This document shows positions 1 to 10,096 of a DNA stretch of 64,000 nucleotides, piece by piece. A model generated the notes under the pieces. The model worked only from the letters and a program-made list of their open reading frames with translations, had not been told where the DNA came from and searched no databases. The first letter of the stretch is position 1; every line of letters starts with the position of its first letter. The position numbers were made by a program, and so were the translations under genes. Source of the stretch: Candidatus Parcubacteria bacterium (GTDB taxonomy: Bacteria; Patescibacteriota; Minisyncoccia; UBA6257; HR35); assembly GCA_026004495.1 (NCBI GenBank), contig BPJG01000001.1, forward strand, positions 496,527-560,526, written 5' to 3'.

Positions 1-134
1 CAGTTATGAAAAATTTATTTAAAATGGGAGTTCCTGGTTATATAAGTGAATTAAGTTCAGCAGAGAATTTAACTTATGAAGGCTCTCCTATTCAACTTTG
101 GTCTTTAACTAGTTTGTTTTATAATTTAAAATAA
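1..134 (+). CDS. Partial 3' end of a glycoside hydrolase, possibly a glycogen-debranching-enzyme-like C-terminus
   Basis: Frame-3 ORF runs off the left edge and ends at TAA 132-134. Its C-terminal peptide ...EGSPIQLWSLTSLFYNLK resembles the G-x-P-x-Q-A/L-W-S motif near the C-terminus of amylo-alpha-1,6-glucosidase/GDE_C proteins. It is a fragment only. Confidence 0.25.
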   Translation, partial: VMKNLFKMGVPGYISELSSAENLTYEGSPIQLWSLTSLFYNLK

Positions 135-147
135 TATCTTATATTAT

Positions 148-222
148 GGTGGACGTAGCTCAATTGGTTAGAGCGGAGGCCTGTGGAGCCTCAGGTTGCG
201 GGTTCGAGCCCCGTCGTCCACC
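148..222 (+). tRNA. tRNA-His (anticodon GTG), with the extra 5' G(-1) typical of His tRNAs
   Basis: Cloverleaf folded by hand. Acceptor GTGGACG/CGTCCAC, D-arm GCTC...GAGC, anticodon stem GAGGC/GCCTC with loop CTGTGGA, T-arm GCGGG-TTCGAGC-CCCGT, discriminator C. CCA is not fully encoded. Confidence 0.85.
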
Positions 223-223
223 A

Positions 224-994
224 TTATTTATTTTTTGTTTCTAGGAATATCTTGATGCCATTAGCAATCCCTTGAGCTATTTTATCTTGGTTATTAATTA
301 GTAAATTTAGGTCATTCTGATTATTAATATTACCCATTTCAATAATAACCGCAGGAGTTTTGGGATGAATAGTTCTTTTAAATCTAGACCAATTAAAGGC
401 ATAATAATGAGTCATATTAGTAGTTACTTTGTCGATAAATTGTAAACCTGTTGAACTTGAATATTCTTTAATTAATATAGATTTTAATTTTTTAGCTAAA
501 CCTGAATAATCTTTGAATGGAGTACTTACCATAAAACCACTAGTAAATTTATCAGCTTTATTAGAATGAAGAGATATAAAAACACTTGCATAATAATCTT
601 GGGGAATAATAGCAGGTAAAATTGTAATTTTTTCGTAACCATATTGCTGTAAAATTTCTTTAATTCTATAAGCTATATTTTTATTTATATCTACTTCTTT
701 TATTTCATTAACAATTGCTCCTACCTTAGATACCTTTCTTAATTCAAACGGTAATTGATTTTCTTCTATAAAATGACCTATCTGAATAGCTATTTCAGTA
801 TTTGTTGGTTCTATAAAGTTATCAAAATCTGGAAAACGAAAATATAGAGCTTTTTTTGAAAACTCAGGATAGGGTTGATAATAAATTTCTGAAAGAATAT
901 CAAAAAATTGATTTTCGTTAATAAATTGATAATTATTTAAGGTCAATAATAAGATAAAAATAGTAATTAAATCATCTAAATTTTTAACTAACAT
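224..994 (-). CDS. N-acetylmuramoyl-L-alanine amidase (Amidase_3 family)-like cell-wall hydrolase with an N-terminal membrane anchor
   Basis: 256 aa. Hydrophobic N-terminus, then the Amidase_3-like pattern IAIQIGH...SLHSNKAD...AVIIEMGNINNQND, which matches the GHGG / SIH-N / E-GF-N spacing of MurNAc-LAA enzymes. Confidence 0.5.
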   Translation of the reverse strand: MLVKNLDDLITIFILLLTLNNYQFINENQFFDILSEIYYQPYPEFSKKALYFRFPDFDNFIEPTNTEIAIQIGHFIEENQLPFELRKVSKVGAIVNEIKEVDINKNIAYRIKEILQQYGYEKITILPAIIPQDYYASVFISLHSNKADKFTSGFMVSTPFKDYSGLAKKLKSILIKEYSSSTGLQFIDKVTTNMTHYYAFNWSRFKRTIHPKTPAVIIEMGNINNQNDLNLLINNQDKIAQGIANGIKIFLETKNK

Positions 995-1055
995 TTTTTA
1001 TGAAATCATATTTATTTAATATAATATAATATAAATTAATAAAATAATAAATATT

Positions 1056-1499
1056 ATGATTTATTTAGCTTCTGACCATCGCGGTTTTAAACTTAAAGAA
1101 ATTATAAAAAATAAACTTATAAAAAATAAATTTAAATTTATAGATTTAGGTTATTATAATTATAATCCAAATGATGATTATCCCATAATAGCTTTTCAAT
1201 TGGCTAAAAATATTAAGGTAAGCAAAAAAAATAAAGGAATAATATTTTGTGGTTCGGGTATCGGAGTTTGTATAGCTGTTAATCGATTTAAGGGTATTAG
1301 AGCTGGCAGTTCTGATAATTATAAAATTATAAAAAAGGGTAGAGAAGATGATGATATAAATATACTTTGCTTACCTTCAGATTTTATTGATAATAAAAAA
1401 GCTTGGCTATTGATTAAGATATTTTTAAAAACTAAATTTAAAAATAAACAAAGATATATTAGAAGAATTAAACAATTAGATAATTATGATAAGTATTAA
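1056..1499 (+). CDS. rpiB: Ribose-5-phosphate isomerase B (RpiB/LacAB family)
   Basis: 147 aa. MIYLASDHRGF...CGSGIGVCIAVNRF is the RpiB signature. Confidence 0.8.
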   Translation: MIYLASDHRGFKLKEIIKNKLIKNKFKFIDLGYYNYNPNDDYPIIAFQLAKNIKVSKKNKGIIFCGSGIGVCIAVNRFKGIRAGSSDNYKIIKKGREDDDINILCLPSDFIDNKKAWLLIKIFLKTKFKNKQRYIRRIKQLDNYDKY

Positions 1500-1803
1500 T
1501 GATTTTTCTAAAATAGATTTAAGAGTGGCTAAAATTGAAAATGTCGAGCGAATTGACAATAGTAAATTTCTTAAGCTATATATCGATTTAGGTAGCGAAA
1601 AAAGAATTATAGTAGCTGGAATTGGAGAAAAATATCAACCAGAAGAATTATTAGGTCAATTAATTATAGTTGTTGTTAATTTAGAACCTAAAATAATTAA
1701 AGGAATTAAAAGCGAAGGCATGTTATTAGCGGTTGATGATGATAGAGGTCCGGTAATTATTGTTCCTTTAGAACAGGTTATAGTAGGTAGTAGGGTTAAA
1801 TAA
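1486..1803 (+). CDS. tRNA-binding domain protein (CsaA/Trbp111/MetRS C-terminal-like OB fold)
   Basis: 105 aa. DLRVAKIENVERIDNSKFLKLYIDLGSEKRIIVAGI...EGMLLAV matches the Myf/tRNA_bind domain. It overlaps rpiB by 14 nt. Confidence 0.7.
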   Translation: MISINDFSKIDLRVAKIENVERIDNSKFLKLYIDLGSEKRIIVAGIGEKYQPEELLGQLIIVVVNLEPKIIKGIKSEGMLLAVDDDRGPVIIVPLEQVIVGSRVK

Positions 1804-1816
1804 TATTTTTATAAAT

Positions 1817-2911
1817 TTATAATATCAATTCAGCTATTGCTATTTCTAGGGGTAAAGTTATTAAAGGAGGATCTTTTTTGAGTAATATTTCTGATTCAGA
1901 AAAAACTTTAATTAATTTTTTAACATCTTCTAATTCTAATTTATTGGCTAAATCTAAAATTTCTTCAATTAATTCTTGATTATATTCTTTGAGTAATTGA
2001 TTTTTCCATAAAGGATATATTTTTAAAACCAATAAATCTCTTAAAATCTTAATTAATGATCGATTAAAAATAATAAGATCATAGCCATTATTATAAATAT
2101 TATGAATTTCTTTGATAGATTCTTCGAATTTTTTATTTATTATTAGTTTTAAAAAATTTAATATTTTATTAGAACTTACTTTGCCCAAAAATTGTTCAAT
2201 ATGCTCTTCATTTATTATTTTTATGGGATTTAAGCTAAGTATTATTCTTTCAAATAAAGTTTCGGCATCTCTTAAGGCACCTTCTGATTCTTCGGCAATT
2301 AAATAAAGAGCACCTTCTGTAATTTGAACATTTTCCTTTTCAGCTATTTTTTTTAATTTTTTAGTAATATCTATCAGAGAAATTCTTTTAAAATCAAATC
2401 TTTGGAGCCTAGATAGAACTGTAGTCGGAATCTTTTCCGGTTCAGTTGTAGCTAATATAAATATCGTATGCTTAGGTGGTTCTTCTAATATTTTCAAAAG
2501 TGCATTAAACGCTTCCTTAGTTAACATATGGGCTTCATCAATTATAAAAATTTTATATTTTCCTTGAATTGGCCTGAAACCAATATTTTCTTTTAAATTT
2601 CTTATTTCATCGATACCCCTATTAGAAGCAGCATCTAATTCTATGATGTCTAAAAATTTATTTTCGTTTATAGCTTGACAATTTTGACAATTATTACAAG
2701 GTTCATAATTATTTTCTTCTAAGGCTAAACAATTTAAAGCCTTAGCAAATATTCTAGCAGTTGATGTTTTACCAGTTCCTCTTTGGCCAGTAAAAATATA
2801 TCCTTGAGGTAAAAAATTTATATTTTTAAGAAAGCTTTTTAGAATTTTAATTATTAAATCTTGTCCATAAATTTCATTAAAATTTTTGGGACGATATTTT
2901 CTATAAATCAT
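1817..2911 (-). CDS. dnaX: DNA polymerase III gamma/tau subunit (short form)
   Basis: 364 aa. Walker A GQRGTGKTSTAR, zinc module CNNCQNCQAI, IIDEAHML and an SRC-like SRLQRF motif. Confidence 0.8.
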   Translation of the reverse strand: MIYRKYRPKNFNEIYGQDLIIKILKSFLKNINFLPQGYIFTGQRGTGKTSTARIFAKALNCLALEENNYEPCNNCQNCQAINENKFLDIIELDAASNRGIDEIRNLKENIGFRPIQGKYKIFIIDEAHMLTKEAFNALLKILEEPPKHTIFILATTEPEKIPTTVLSRLQRFDFKRISLIDITKKLKKIAEKENVQITEGALYLIAEESEGALRDAETLFERIILSLNPIKIINEEHIEQFLGKVSSNKILNFLKLIINKKFEESIKEIHNIYNNGYDLIIFNRSLIKILRDLLVLKIYPLWKNQLLKEYNQELIEEILDLANKLELEDVKKLIKVFSESEILLKKDPPLITLPLEIAIAELIL

Positions 2912-2923
2912 TATTAAAATTAA

Positions 2924-4057
2924 TTAGACTGAATCTTTTATTTTTAAAATAATGTTATTATTTTTTAATCTTTCTAAAGCTTTAATTTCTAACTGTCGTA
3001 CTCTTTCACGAGTAATACCAAATATTTTACCCACCTCTTCTAAGGTATACATTGAACCATCTTTTAAACCATATCTTAACATAATAATTTCTTTTTCTCG
3101 TGGAGGTAGTGTTTCAATAGCTTGCATTAATTTACTTTTTAATATTTCTAAAGAAGCTTCTTTTTGAGGAGTAGTATATTTATCATCTTTTAATAAATTA
3201 CCTAATTCTGTATCTTTATCTTCTCCTATAGGTTTTTCTAAAGAAGTAACATCGTGTGTTAATTTTAAAAGTCGATGTATTTTCTTTTCAGGTATATTAG
3301 CCTCTCTAGCTAATTCTTCCGGAGTAGGTTCTCTTCCTAATTCTTCTACTAATCTTTTTTTTATCTTATTTAATCTATATAGTTGTTCAATAATATGAAC
3401 TGGCAATCTTACAGTTCGAGCATAATCAGCCATTGCTCTTGTTATTGCTTGACGAATCCACCAAGTAGCATAAGTAGAAAGTTTAAATCCCTTTTTGGGG
3501 TTAAATCTATCAATTGCTTTAGCTAAACCCAAGTTTCCTTCTTGAATTAAGTCTAAAAAAGATAATTTTTTGCTTCTACCGTAGTACTTTTTGGCTATAC
3601 TAAAGACTAATCTTAAATTAGTTTTAATTAATCTTTCTCTAGCTTCTAAATCTCCTTTAGCAGCTTTTTTGGTTAATTCTTTTTCCTCTTCAACTGAAAG
3701 TAATGGAATTTTATTTATTTCCATTAAATATTGTTGAATATGAGTAGGTAAATCTTCTGAACCTGTAATATCTAAATTTTTAATCAATTCATCGGTTTCT
3801 GCTGATTCATTTAAATCCCATAATTCTCCACTATTTTGAATTTCAATACCAGCAGTTTCTAATTTTTCAGCTATATCTTCTAATAAATCTATATTATTTT
3901 CTATATTAGGGAAATAATATAAAATTTCTTTTTCAGTAACAAAACCTCTCTTTTTTCCTTTATTTATTAATTCTTTAATTTTTTCCTCTGTTAATAATTC
4001 CTTTTCTTTTATTTTTCTTTTTTTTATTTTTTTCTGTTTTTTCTTTTTGGAAATCAT
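2924..4057 (-). CDS. rpoD: RNA polymerase sigma-70 (primary sigma factor)
   Basis: 377 aa. Regions 2-4 are recognisable: [40 protein letters not shown] and a region-4 [23 protein letters not shown]. Confidence 0.85.
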   Translation of the reverse strand: MISKKKKQKKIKKRKIKEKELLTEEKIKELINKGKKRGFVTEKEILYYFPNIENNIDLLEDIAEKLETAGIEIQNSGELWDLNESAETDELIKNLDITGSEDLPTHIQQYLMEINKIPLLSVEEEKELTKKAAKGDLEARERLIKTNLRLVFSIAKKYYGRSKKLSFLDLIQEGNLGLAKAIDRFNPKKGFKLSTYATWWIRQAITRAMADYARTVRLPVHIIEQLYRLNKIKKRLVEELGREPTPEELAREANIPEKKIHRLLKLTHDVTSLEKPIGEDKDTELGNLLKDDKYTTPQKEASLEILKSKLMQAIETLPPREKEIIMLRYGLKDGSMYTLEEVGKIFGITRERVRQLEIKALERLKNNNIILKIKDSV

Positions 4058-4060
4058 TAT

Positions 4061-5719
4061 TTATTGATTTTTTTCAAGTTCTCTTAATTTATCAGTTAAT
4101 AATTTTACTTCAGATAAAATATTTTCCGCATTACTTCCTTTAATAAGATTTCTATACTCTTTTATTTTTTTTCTATAAAATTCTTTTTTTATTTCTTTTT
4201 CTAAGAAATATAATTCTTTTTCAAAATCAATATTTAATTCTTTTTCATAATTAATCCTTAAATTTATTATTTCTTTGTAATATTCGTCATTTAAAAATTT
4301 ATCCTTTAAATAGTTATATTCATTTAAGCACTCTTCAATAGTTTTTATTTTTTCTTGAATATTCAAAATTGATACAAAAGTTAAATATCTTTCAATTAAA
4401 TTTTCTAATCTTTCATTATAATTGTCAATAGGAATTGATATATAGCTATTTTCTTGATAAAAATTATTATAAACTATTTTATCAAGCTCATTTAGTTCTT
4501 TAAGAAGAAATTCCTCTTTTAATTCTAAAATTTTAGATATTTGAGAAATATAATAACCTTGTTTTATATTATCTAATTGTTTAATTAGAGGTAAAACTAA
4601 ATCTAAAGTTTGCCTTTTGCCTTCTAGGTTAGTAATATTATAATTATCTAAACAATAATTTATAATATAATCGATAAAGGGAATTTTTTTTATTTGATTA
4701 AGATTGTAATTAGAGTTAAAAAAGTCTGCTAAATCTTTAGCTTGCTCAAAATTTAATTTCCATACTTCTAATTTATTTCCCATTAACATTAAGGCGCTTT
4801 TCCAAGAACTTTTAAATCCAGCTTCATCATTATCAAAAGCTAAAATAAAATTTTTAGCATATGTTTTTAAAATATTTACCTGATCTTGAGTAAAAGCTGA
4901 GCCTGAAACAGCAACTATATTTTGCAAACCATTTTGGTAAGCTAACAAGAAATCAAACTGTCCCTCGACTATAATTATTTCTTTAATTTTTTCAATTTCT
5001 GATAAAGAATAGACTAATCCATATAAAAATTTTGATTTTTTAAAAATTTTATTTTCAGCAGTATTTAAATATTTAGGACCATATTTAACTTCTGGATATA
5101 ATCTTCCCGTAAAGCCAACCAATCTTTTTTTATGATCAATTAAGGGAAAGATTATTCTTCCTTGAAATTTATCTTCATTTTTTTCATTTAAAAGTCCAGC
5201 TTCTTTTATAAGATCCAAATTGTAGCCTAAATTAAATAGATAATCTCTTAAATATGAACCTCTTTCGGCATAACCTAAATCAAATTTTTCTATAGTTTCT
5301 TTTGTTAATCCTCGTTGAGTTAAATAATTGATAACACTAGGATTGTTAATAAGATTTTTCTTAAAAAAATTTAAAGCAATTCTATTTATTTCTAATAATT
5401 TTTTATTTTGAGATAAATTATCACTATTTTCTAAATATTTTAAATCAATATTTAATTTTTGAGCTAAATTATTAATTGCTTCTTTAAAGCTTAAATTTTC
5501 TGTTCTCATATAGAAAGTAACGACATCTCCAGCAATATTACAACCGAAACATTTGAATATTTGTTTTTGGGGAGAAACGAAAAATGAAGGATTTTTCTCT
5601 TGATGAAAGGGACAAAGTCCTTTATAATAATTACCTGCCTTTTTTAATTCAACATAATTGCTAATAAATTCGACTATATCAAGTTTTTCTTTAATTTCTT
5701 GTAAAATTTGTTGATTCAT
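4061..5719 (-). CDS. dnaG: DNA primase
   Basis: 552 aa. Zinc-binding CPFHQEKNPSF...CFGC, then a TOPRIM core EGQFDFL...DNDEAG. It sits directly downstream of rpoD in a macromolecular-synthesis-operon-like order. Confidence 0.8.
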   Translation of the reverse strand: MNQQILQEIKEKLDIVEFISNYVELKKAGNYYKGLCPFHQEKNPSFFVSPQKQIFKCFGCNIAGDVVTFYMRTENLSFKEAINNLAQKLNIDLKYLENSDNLSQNKKLLEINRIALNFFKKNLINNPSVINYLTQRGLTKETIEKFDLGYAERGSYLRDYLFNLGYNLDLIKEAGLLNEKNEDKFQGRIIFPLIDHKKRLVGFTGRLYPEVKYGPKYLNTAENKIFKKSKFLYGLVYSLSEIEKIKEIIIVEGQFDFLLAYQNGLQNIVAVSGSAFTQDQVNILKTYAKNFILAFDNDEAGFKSSWKSALMLMGNKLEVWKLNFEQAKDLADFFNSNYNLNQIKKIPFIDYIINYCLDNYNITNLEGKRQTLDLVLPLIKQLDNIKQGYYISQISKILELKEEFLLKELNELDKIVYNNFYQENSYISIPIDNYNERLENLIERYLTFVSILNIQEKIKTIEECLNEYNYLKDKFLNDEYYKEIINLRINYEKELNIDFEKELYFLEKEIKKEFYRKKIKEYRNLIKGSNAENILSEVKLLTDKLRELEKNQ

Positions 5720-5817
5720 AATTATTGAATATATATTTAGTTAACTTATTTATAACTTCATAAAAAATTATTCTTTTAAATGATTAATTTTACAAAATTT
5801 TATGTTAAAATTTAATA

Positions 5818-6189
5818 ATGGTAAAAAAACAAAAAAAAATAATAGAAAAAGAAATAATAGAATTAGATGTAGCCAATTTATCTTTGGGAAGATTAGCTGT
5901 TTTAATCTCATATTATTTACAAGGGAAACACAGAGTTGACTATAAGCCTTATATAGATTTTCCGGTATTTGTGAATTTAAAAAATTGGGATAAAATAAAA
6001 TTTACCGGTAATAAATTGGATAGTAAATATATATATAAACATACAGGTTATTGGGGTCATTTGAAAAAATATTCATTTAAAGAATTATGGGATAAAAAAC
6101 CTTTGTTTATTATAAGAAAAGCAATTAGCGGAATGTTGCCTAAAAATAAATTAAGAAAAAAAAGATTATTAAGGATTAATTTAGTTTAA
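5818..6189 (+). CDS. rplM: 50S ribosomal protein L13
   Basis: 123 aa. LGRLAV...LQGKH...YKHTGYWG matches L13. rpsI follows, as usual. Confidence 0.85.
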   Translation: MVKKQKKIIEKEIIELDVANLSLGRLAVLISYYLQGKHRVDYKPYIDFPVFVNLKNWDKIKFTGNKLDSKYIYKHTGYWGHLKKYSFKELWDKKPLFIIRKAISGMLPKNKLRKKRLLRINLV

Positions 6190-6198
6190 AAAATAACA

Positions 6199-6747
6199 AT
6201 GGAAAAAAATTTTTCATCTTTAGAATTAGAAGAAGAAATAAAAGAAATTAAAAATATAAATCAAGAAGAGGAAGAAAACATTCAAAAGGATGATATTGAT
6301 ATTTCTGAAGATATTGTTGATATTCCTTCTATTGGTAAAAATAAATATACTGAAGCAATTGGCAGGAGAAAAAGAGCTATTGCAAGAGTTAGAATTTTTG
6401 ATAATTTAGATAGAAAGGACAAAACAGAAATAATAATAAACATTAATAATAAAAATTATGAAGATTATTTTCAGTCTGTAAATTTAAAAAAAATAGCTGA
6501 TGCTCCGCTTAGAAAATTAAAAATTTTTGGTTTTTACAAAATTATTGTTAAGGTCAAGGGTGGAGGCCTAAGAGGCCAAGCAGATGCGATAAAGTTAGGT
6601 ATAGCTAGAGGTTTGGTTAAAATAAATCCAGAATGGAGATTAAAACTTAAAAAAAGTGGTCTTCTAACTCGTGATCCACGAAAAAAAGAAAGAAAAAAAT
6701 ATGGTTTGAAAAAGGCAAGAAAAGCTCCTCAATGGCATAAGCGTTAG
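6199..6747 (+). CDS. rpsI: 30S ribosomal protein S9 with an acidic N-terminal extension of about 50 aa
   Basis: 182 aa. The C-terminal 130 aa carry GRRKRAIARVRIF...GGGLRGQADAIKLGIARGL...KKYGLKKARKAPQWHKR. The N-terminal extension is rich in E, D and I. Confidence 0.85.
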   Translation: MEKNFSSLELEEEIKEIKNINQEEEENIQKDDIDISEDIVDIPSIGKNKYTEAIGRRKRAIARVRIFDNLDRKDKTEIIININNKNYEDYFQSVNLKKIADAPLRKLKIFGFYKIIVKVKGGGLRGQADAIKLGIARGLVKINPEWRLKLKKSGLLTRDPRKKERKKYGLKKARKAPQWHKR

Positions 6748-6751
6748 TTAA

Positions 6752-7801
6752 ATGAAAATAGATACTCAATTATTTTTCTTAATATTAATATTAAGCTTAG
6801 TAGGTTTATATTTTTTTTACGGTGTTTCTTTACCTTATTCAACTAAAATTTTTAATAATCCACTCTATTATTTTAAGAAATTTTTAATATTTAATTTTTT
6901 TCTCCCCTTATTAATGTTTTTTATAGGCTATTTTATGAATTGGCTATTCTTGATGAGGATCGCTAAAATTATTTTTATTGTAAATATTATTTTCCTTATT
7001 CTACCTTTTTTTGATTTTTTTAAACTTCCCAATCAATCTACAGCTAGATGGTTTTATTTAAAAGGAATTTCTTTCCAGCCTTCAGAGTTTATGAAATTAT
7101 CATTACTTTTATTTTTAACCTCAACCTTGCCTTTAATCAAAAAAAATTTAAGTTATTTTTATATTTCTTTAATAATTATTTTTCTTACTTCTTTAATAAT
7201 ATTTATTCAACCAGCTTTAAGTACTCTTCTAATTATTTTAACTAGTACTATGGGTGCTTTAATTACAATTAATTTTAAACTTAAAAATTTTTTTATTTTT
7301 TCAATAATCTTGTTATTTTTTATACTTGCTGGTTTTTTATGGAATTATCGCTTAGAAAGAGTAACTGGAATTTTTATAAGCAATGATAAAGGATTATCTT
7401 TTCAGTTAAATCAAAGTAGATTAGCTATTGGTTCAGGGGGATTGTTAGGCAAGGGTTTAGGTAATTCAGATTTAAAATTAATAGGCTTGCCTTTGATGAT
7501 TAGCGATAACATTTTTTCTGTTTACGCTGAAGAAACTGGTTTCATAGGTTCAATTATTCTTATTATTTTATTTGTTTATTTAATTTTTAGAATAATTTAT
7601 TTAGGATATTATAATAACAATGAGCTTAAGAAGTTTTTTTCTTATGGAGTAGCTTGTTGGTTATCTATCCAAGTTTTTGTTCATTTGATGGCTAATTTAA
7701 CTATTTCCACCGGAGTTCCATTGCCATTTTTTAGCTATGGTCCTTCAAGTCAAATAGCAATTATGACAGCCTTAGGAATTATTAGTGGATTTAAAAAATA
7801 A
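6752..7801 (+). CDS. ftsW: SEDS-family peptidoglycan glycosyltransferase (FtsW/RodA)
   Basis: 349 aa polytopic membrane protein. GSGGLLGKGLGNS...YAEETGFIGS matches the FtsW/RodA core. murG is immediately downstream. Confidence 0.7.
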   Translation: MKIDTQLFFLILILSLVGLYFFYGVSLPYSTKIFNNPLYYFKKFLIFNFFLPLLMFFIGYFMNWLFLMRIAKIIFIVNIIFLILPFFDFFKLPNQSTARWFYLKGISFQPSEFMKLSLLLFLTSTLPLIKKNLSYFYISLIIIFLTSLIIFIQPALSTLLIILTSTMGALITINFKLKNFFIFSIILLFFILAGFLWNYRLERVTGIFISNDKGLSFQLNQSRLAIGSGGLLGKGLGNSDLKLIGLPLMISDNIFSVYAEETGFIGSIILIILFVYLIFRIIYLGYYNNNELKKFFSYGVACWLSIQVFVHLMANLTISTGVPLPFFSYGPSSQIAIMTALGIISGFKK

Positions 7802-7803
7802 AA

Positions 7804-8943
7804 ATGGAAGAAATTAGAATTTGTTTAACTGGTGGATCAACAGGAGGTCATTTTTTCCCTTTGCTTTTTGTATCTAAAAAATTTAAACAAGAAATGATTA
7901 AAAGAAATTGGAATTATAGGATTTTTTACGTTGGAGCTCCGCCATTTGATGAAGAATTAATGAAAAAAGAAGGTATTGAAATATTTAAAATTCCATCGGG
8001 GAAGTTAAGAAAATATTTTGATATCAGAAATTTTATTGATATTTTAAAATTTCCTTTAGGATTTTTAATAGCTTTTTTTAGGCTTTATATTATAATGCCT
8101 GAAATAATATTTTCTAAGGGAGGTTTTGGTAGTTTAGAAGTTGTTTTGGCGGGTTGGTTATTGAGAATTCCTATTATAATTCATGAATCGGATTCTATTC
8201 CTGGAAGAAGTAATATTTTAGCTGGTAAATTAGCTACCTTAGTAGGTCTTAATTTTGAAGAAGCAAAGAATTTTTTTAATCCTAAAAAAACTGCTATAAT
8301 TGGTCAACCTTTAAATTCAGACTTTATCAATATTAAGCCAAAATTGGAAGATTATGAAAGGTTTAATTTAAATCCAGGTGAAAAAATAATATTAGTTTTA
8401 GGTGGATCTCAAGGATCGCAAAAAATTAATGAAACTATTATTTTTGGTTTAAATAAAATTTTAACTGTAACTCAAGTTGTTCATCAATTAGGTAAAAATA
8501 TGTTTGATGAATATTATCAAGTAGCTGATGGTTTCATTTTAGAAAATGTTCCAATGAGAAAAAGTTTATATCATCCCGTACCCTTCTTAAAAAATGATGA
8601 TTTAATTAAATTAATGAAAATGTCTAATTTAGTTATTGCTAGAGCTGGAGCGGGAACTATTTTTGAATTAGCTGCTTGTGGTGTACCTGCTATTTTAATT
8701 CCTTTAAGAAAAGATGTAGGTGGAGAACATCAAATAAAGAATGCCTATAGTTATGCCTATGCGGGAGCTGCGATAGTTATTGAAGAACAAAATTTATTCC
8801 CCGATTTATTGGCAACAATAATTATAAATACCTTAAAAGACGAAAAATTGTTAAAAGAAATGAGTGAAAATGCTAAAAATTTTGCTAAAATTGAAGCAAC
8901 GGATAAAATAGTTAAACAAATGATAATTTTTTTAAATAAATAA
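7804..8943 (+). CDS. murG: UDP-N-acetylglucosamine--N-acetylmuramyl-(pentapeptide) pyrophosphoryl-undecaprenol GlcNAc transferase
   Basis: 379 aa. N-terminal GGSTGGHFFP and C-terminal ARAGAGTIFELAACGVPAILIP...E match MurG (GT28). Confidence 0.8.
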   Translation: MEEIRICLTGGSTGGHFFPLLFVSKKFKQEMIKRNWNYRIFYVGAPPFDEELMKKEGIEIFKIPSGKLRKYFDIRNFIDILKFPLGFLIAFFRLYIIMPEIIFSKGGFGSLEVVLAGWLLRIPIIIHESDSIPGRSNILAGKLATLVGLNFEEAKNFFNPKKTAIIGQPLNSDFINIKPKLEDYERFNLNPGEKIILVLGGSQGSQKINETIIFGLNKILTVTQVVHQLGKNMFDEYYQVADGFILENVPMRKSLYHPVPFLKNDDLIKLMKMSNLVIARAGAGTIFELAACGVPAILIPLRKDVGGEHQIKNAYSYAYAGAAIVIEEQNLFPDLLATIIINTLKDEKLLKEMSENAKNFAKIEATDKIVKQMIIFLNK

Positions 8944-8944
8944 A

Positions 8945-9253
8945 ATGAAAAACAAGTTAGATTTATATTTCGATTTAATAATTATCTTAATTATTTGGTT
9001 AAGTTGGTTATTTGTGATTGATTTAATCCAGGTTAATCAAGTTATTTTTTATTATAAATATTATCCTGAAAAAATAATTTTATCAACTAAAGATATATTA
9101 TATATTTTCCCTATTGCTTTAACTATTTTTATAGTTTATAATTTTATTTTAAGGTTTTTTATTCTAAAAAATAAGATTTTGGATATAGTAAATTTTTTAA
9201 TAATTATATTTAATTTTTTAATTTTAATTAAATTAATTTATTTAAATTTTTAA
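8945..9253 (+). CDS. Small hydrophobic membrane protein (hypothetical)
   Basis: 102 aa with three predicted TM segments. It starts 1 nt after the murG stop. AT-rich genomes generate ORFs of this kind easily. Confidence 0.3.
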   Translation: MKNKLDLYFDLIIILIIWLSWLFVIDLIQVNQVIFYYKYYPEKIILSTKDILYIFPIALTIFIVYNFILRFFILKNKILDIVNFLIIIFNFLILIKLIYLNF

Positions 9254-9264
9254 TAAATCAAATT

Positions 9265-9567
9265 ATGATAGCAATAATTGAAACAGGAGGCAAGCAATAT
9301 TTAATTAAAGAAGGTAGTATTATAACTACTAATAAAATTGAGGGTGAAGAAATAATTTTTGATAAAGTTTTGCTTTTTTATGATGATAAAAAGCTTTTAA
9401 TAGGCAAACCCTATCTTAATAGTATTTATGTTAAGGGTAGAATACTTAAGCAGATTAAAAACAAAATTCATGTTATAAAATTTAAACCTAAAACTCGTTA
9501 TAAGAAAAAAATAGGATATAAAAATTATTTTTCTCAAATTAGAATAGAAGAAATTAACTTTTCTTAA
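9265..9567 (+). CDS. rplU: 50S ribosomal protein L21
   Basis: 100 aa. MIAIIETGGKQY...KFKPKTRYKKKIGY matches L21. No rpmA follows it. Confidence 0.85.
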   Translation: MIAIIETGGKQYLIKEGSIITTNKIEGEEIIFDKVLLFYDDKKLLIGKPYLNSIYVKGRILKQIKNKIHVIKFKPKTRYKKKIGYKNYFSQIRIEEINFS

Positions 9568-10096
9568 AATATCTTTTAACAATATAATCAGGTAGAATTC
9601 CTAATTTAAAATATTTTATTTTAATTTTTGGGGGCAAAAATCTAAATTCTCTTATTTTTTTTCGACAAATTTTTGAACCACAATTACATTTTATTGACCA
9701 AGAATCTTTATACATTGTTGTTGAATAATCATAAGTTATTTCCTCTCCCTGTTTTATATTTTTTAAAGCTATTAAAATAACCTTGTTGCCATTGATATAA
9801 ACATAAGAATTTGGATCGCAAGAATGATTTATAAAATCATCATATATTTTTTTATTTTTACCCGTACCAACAATAAATATATCTTCATCAATTTGAATAG
9901 AGTAATCATCAATTATTTTTTTTATTTTTTTGCTTTTTATTTTATTAAAATGATCTCGTGAAATTATTTTACCTATAAATTCTAAAATAATATCATTTTT
10001 TTTAAAATCTTTCTTTGCAAATAAACCCAAGCCATTATTACTCTTTTTTACTTCAAGATTTTTGTAAAATTCTTTATTAAAATTTATTATTTTCAT
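9554..10096 (-). CDS. SET-domain protein (putative protein-lysine methyltransferase)
   Basis: 180 aa. GLGLFA (GxG), NHSCDPN, EEITYDY and a post-SET-like CNCGSKICRKK Cys cluster. It overlaps the 3' end of the reverse gyrase gene by 20 nt on the same strand. Confidence 0.7.
   Translation of the reverse strand: MKIINFNKEFYKNLEVKKSNNGLGLFAKKDFKKNDIILEFIGKIISRDHFNKIKSKKIKKIIDDYSIQIDEDIFIVGTGKNKKIYDDFINHSCDPNSYVYINGNKVILIALKNIKQGEEITYDYSTTMYKDSWSIKCNCGSKICRKKIREFRFLPPKIKIKYFKLGILPDYIVKRYFKKS

Noticed and set aside
2112-3167. Small antisense ORFs 2112..2306 (+) and 2952..3167 (+) inside dnaX and rpoD
   Set aside because: They lie antisense to strongly supported genes, and AT-rich DNA yields long Ile/Leu/Phe/Ser-rich spurious ORFs.
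7048-7245. ORF 7048..7245 (+) within ftsW
   Set aside because: Alternative frame of the ftsW coding region.
9397-9582. ORF 9397..9582 (-) overlapping rplU and the SET gene end
   Set aside because: Antisense to rplU, so spurious.
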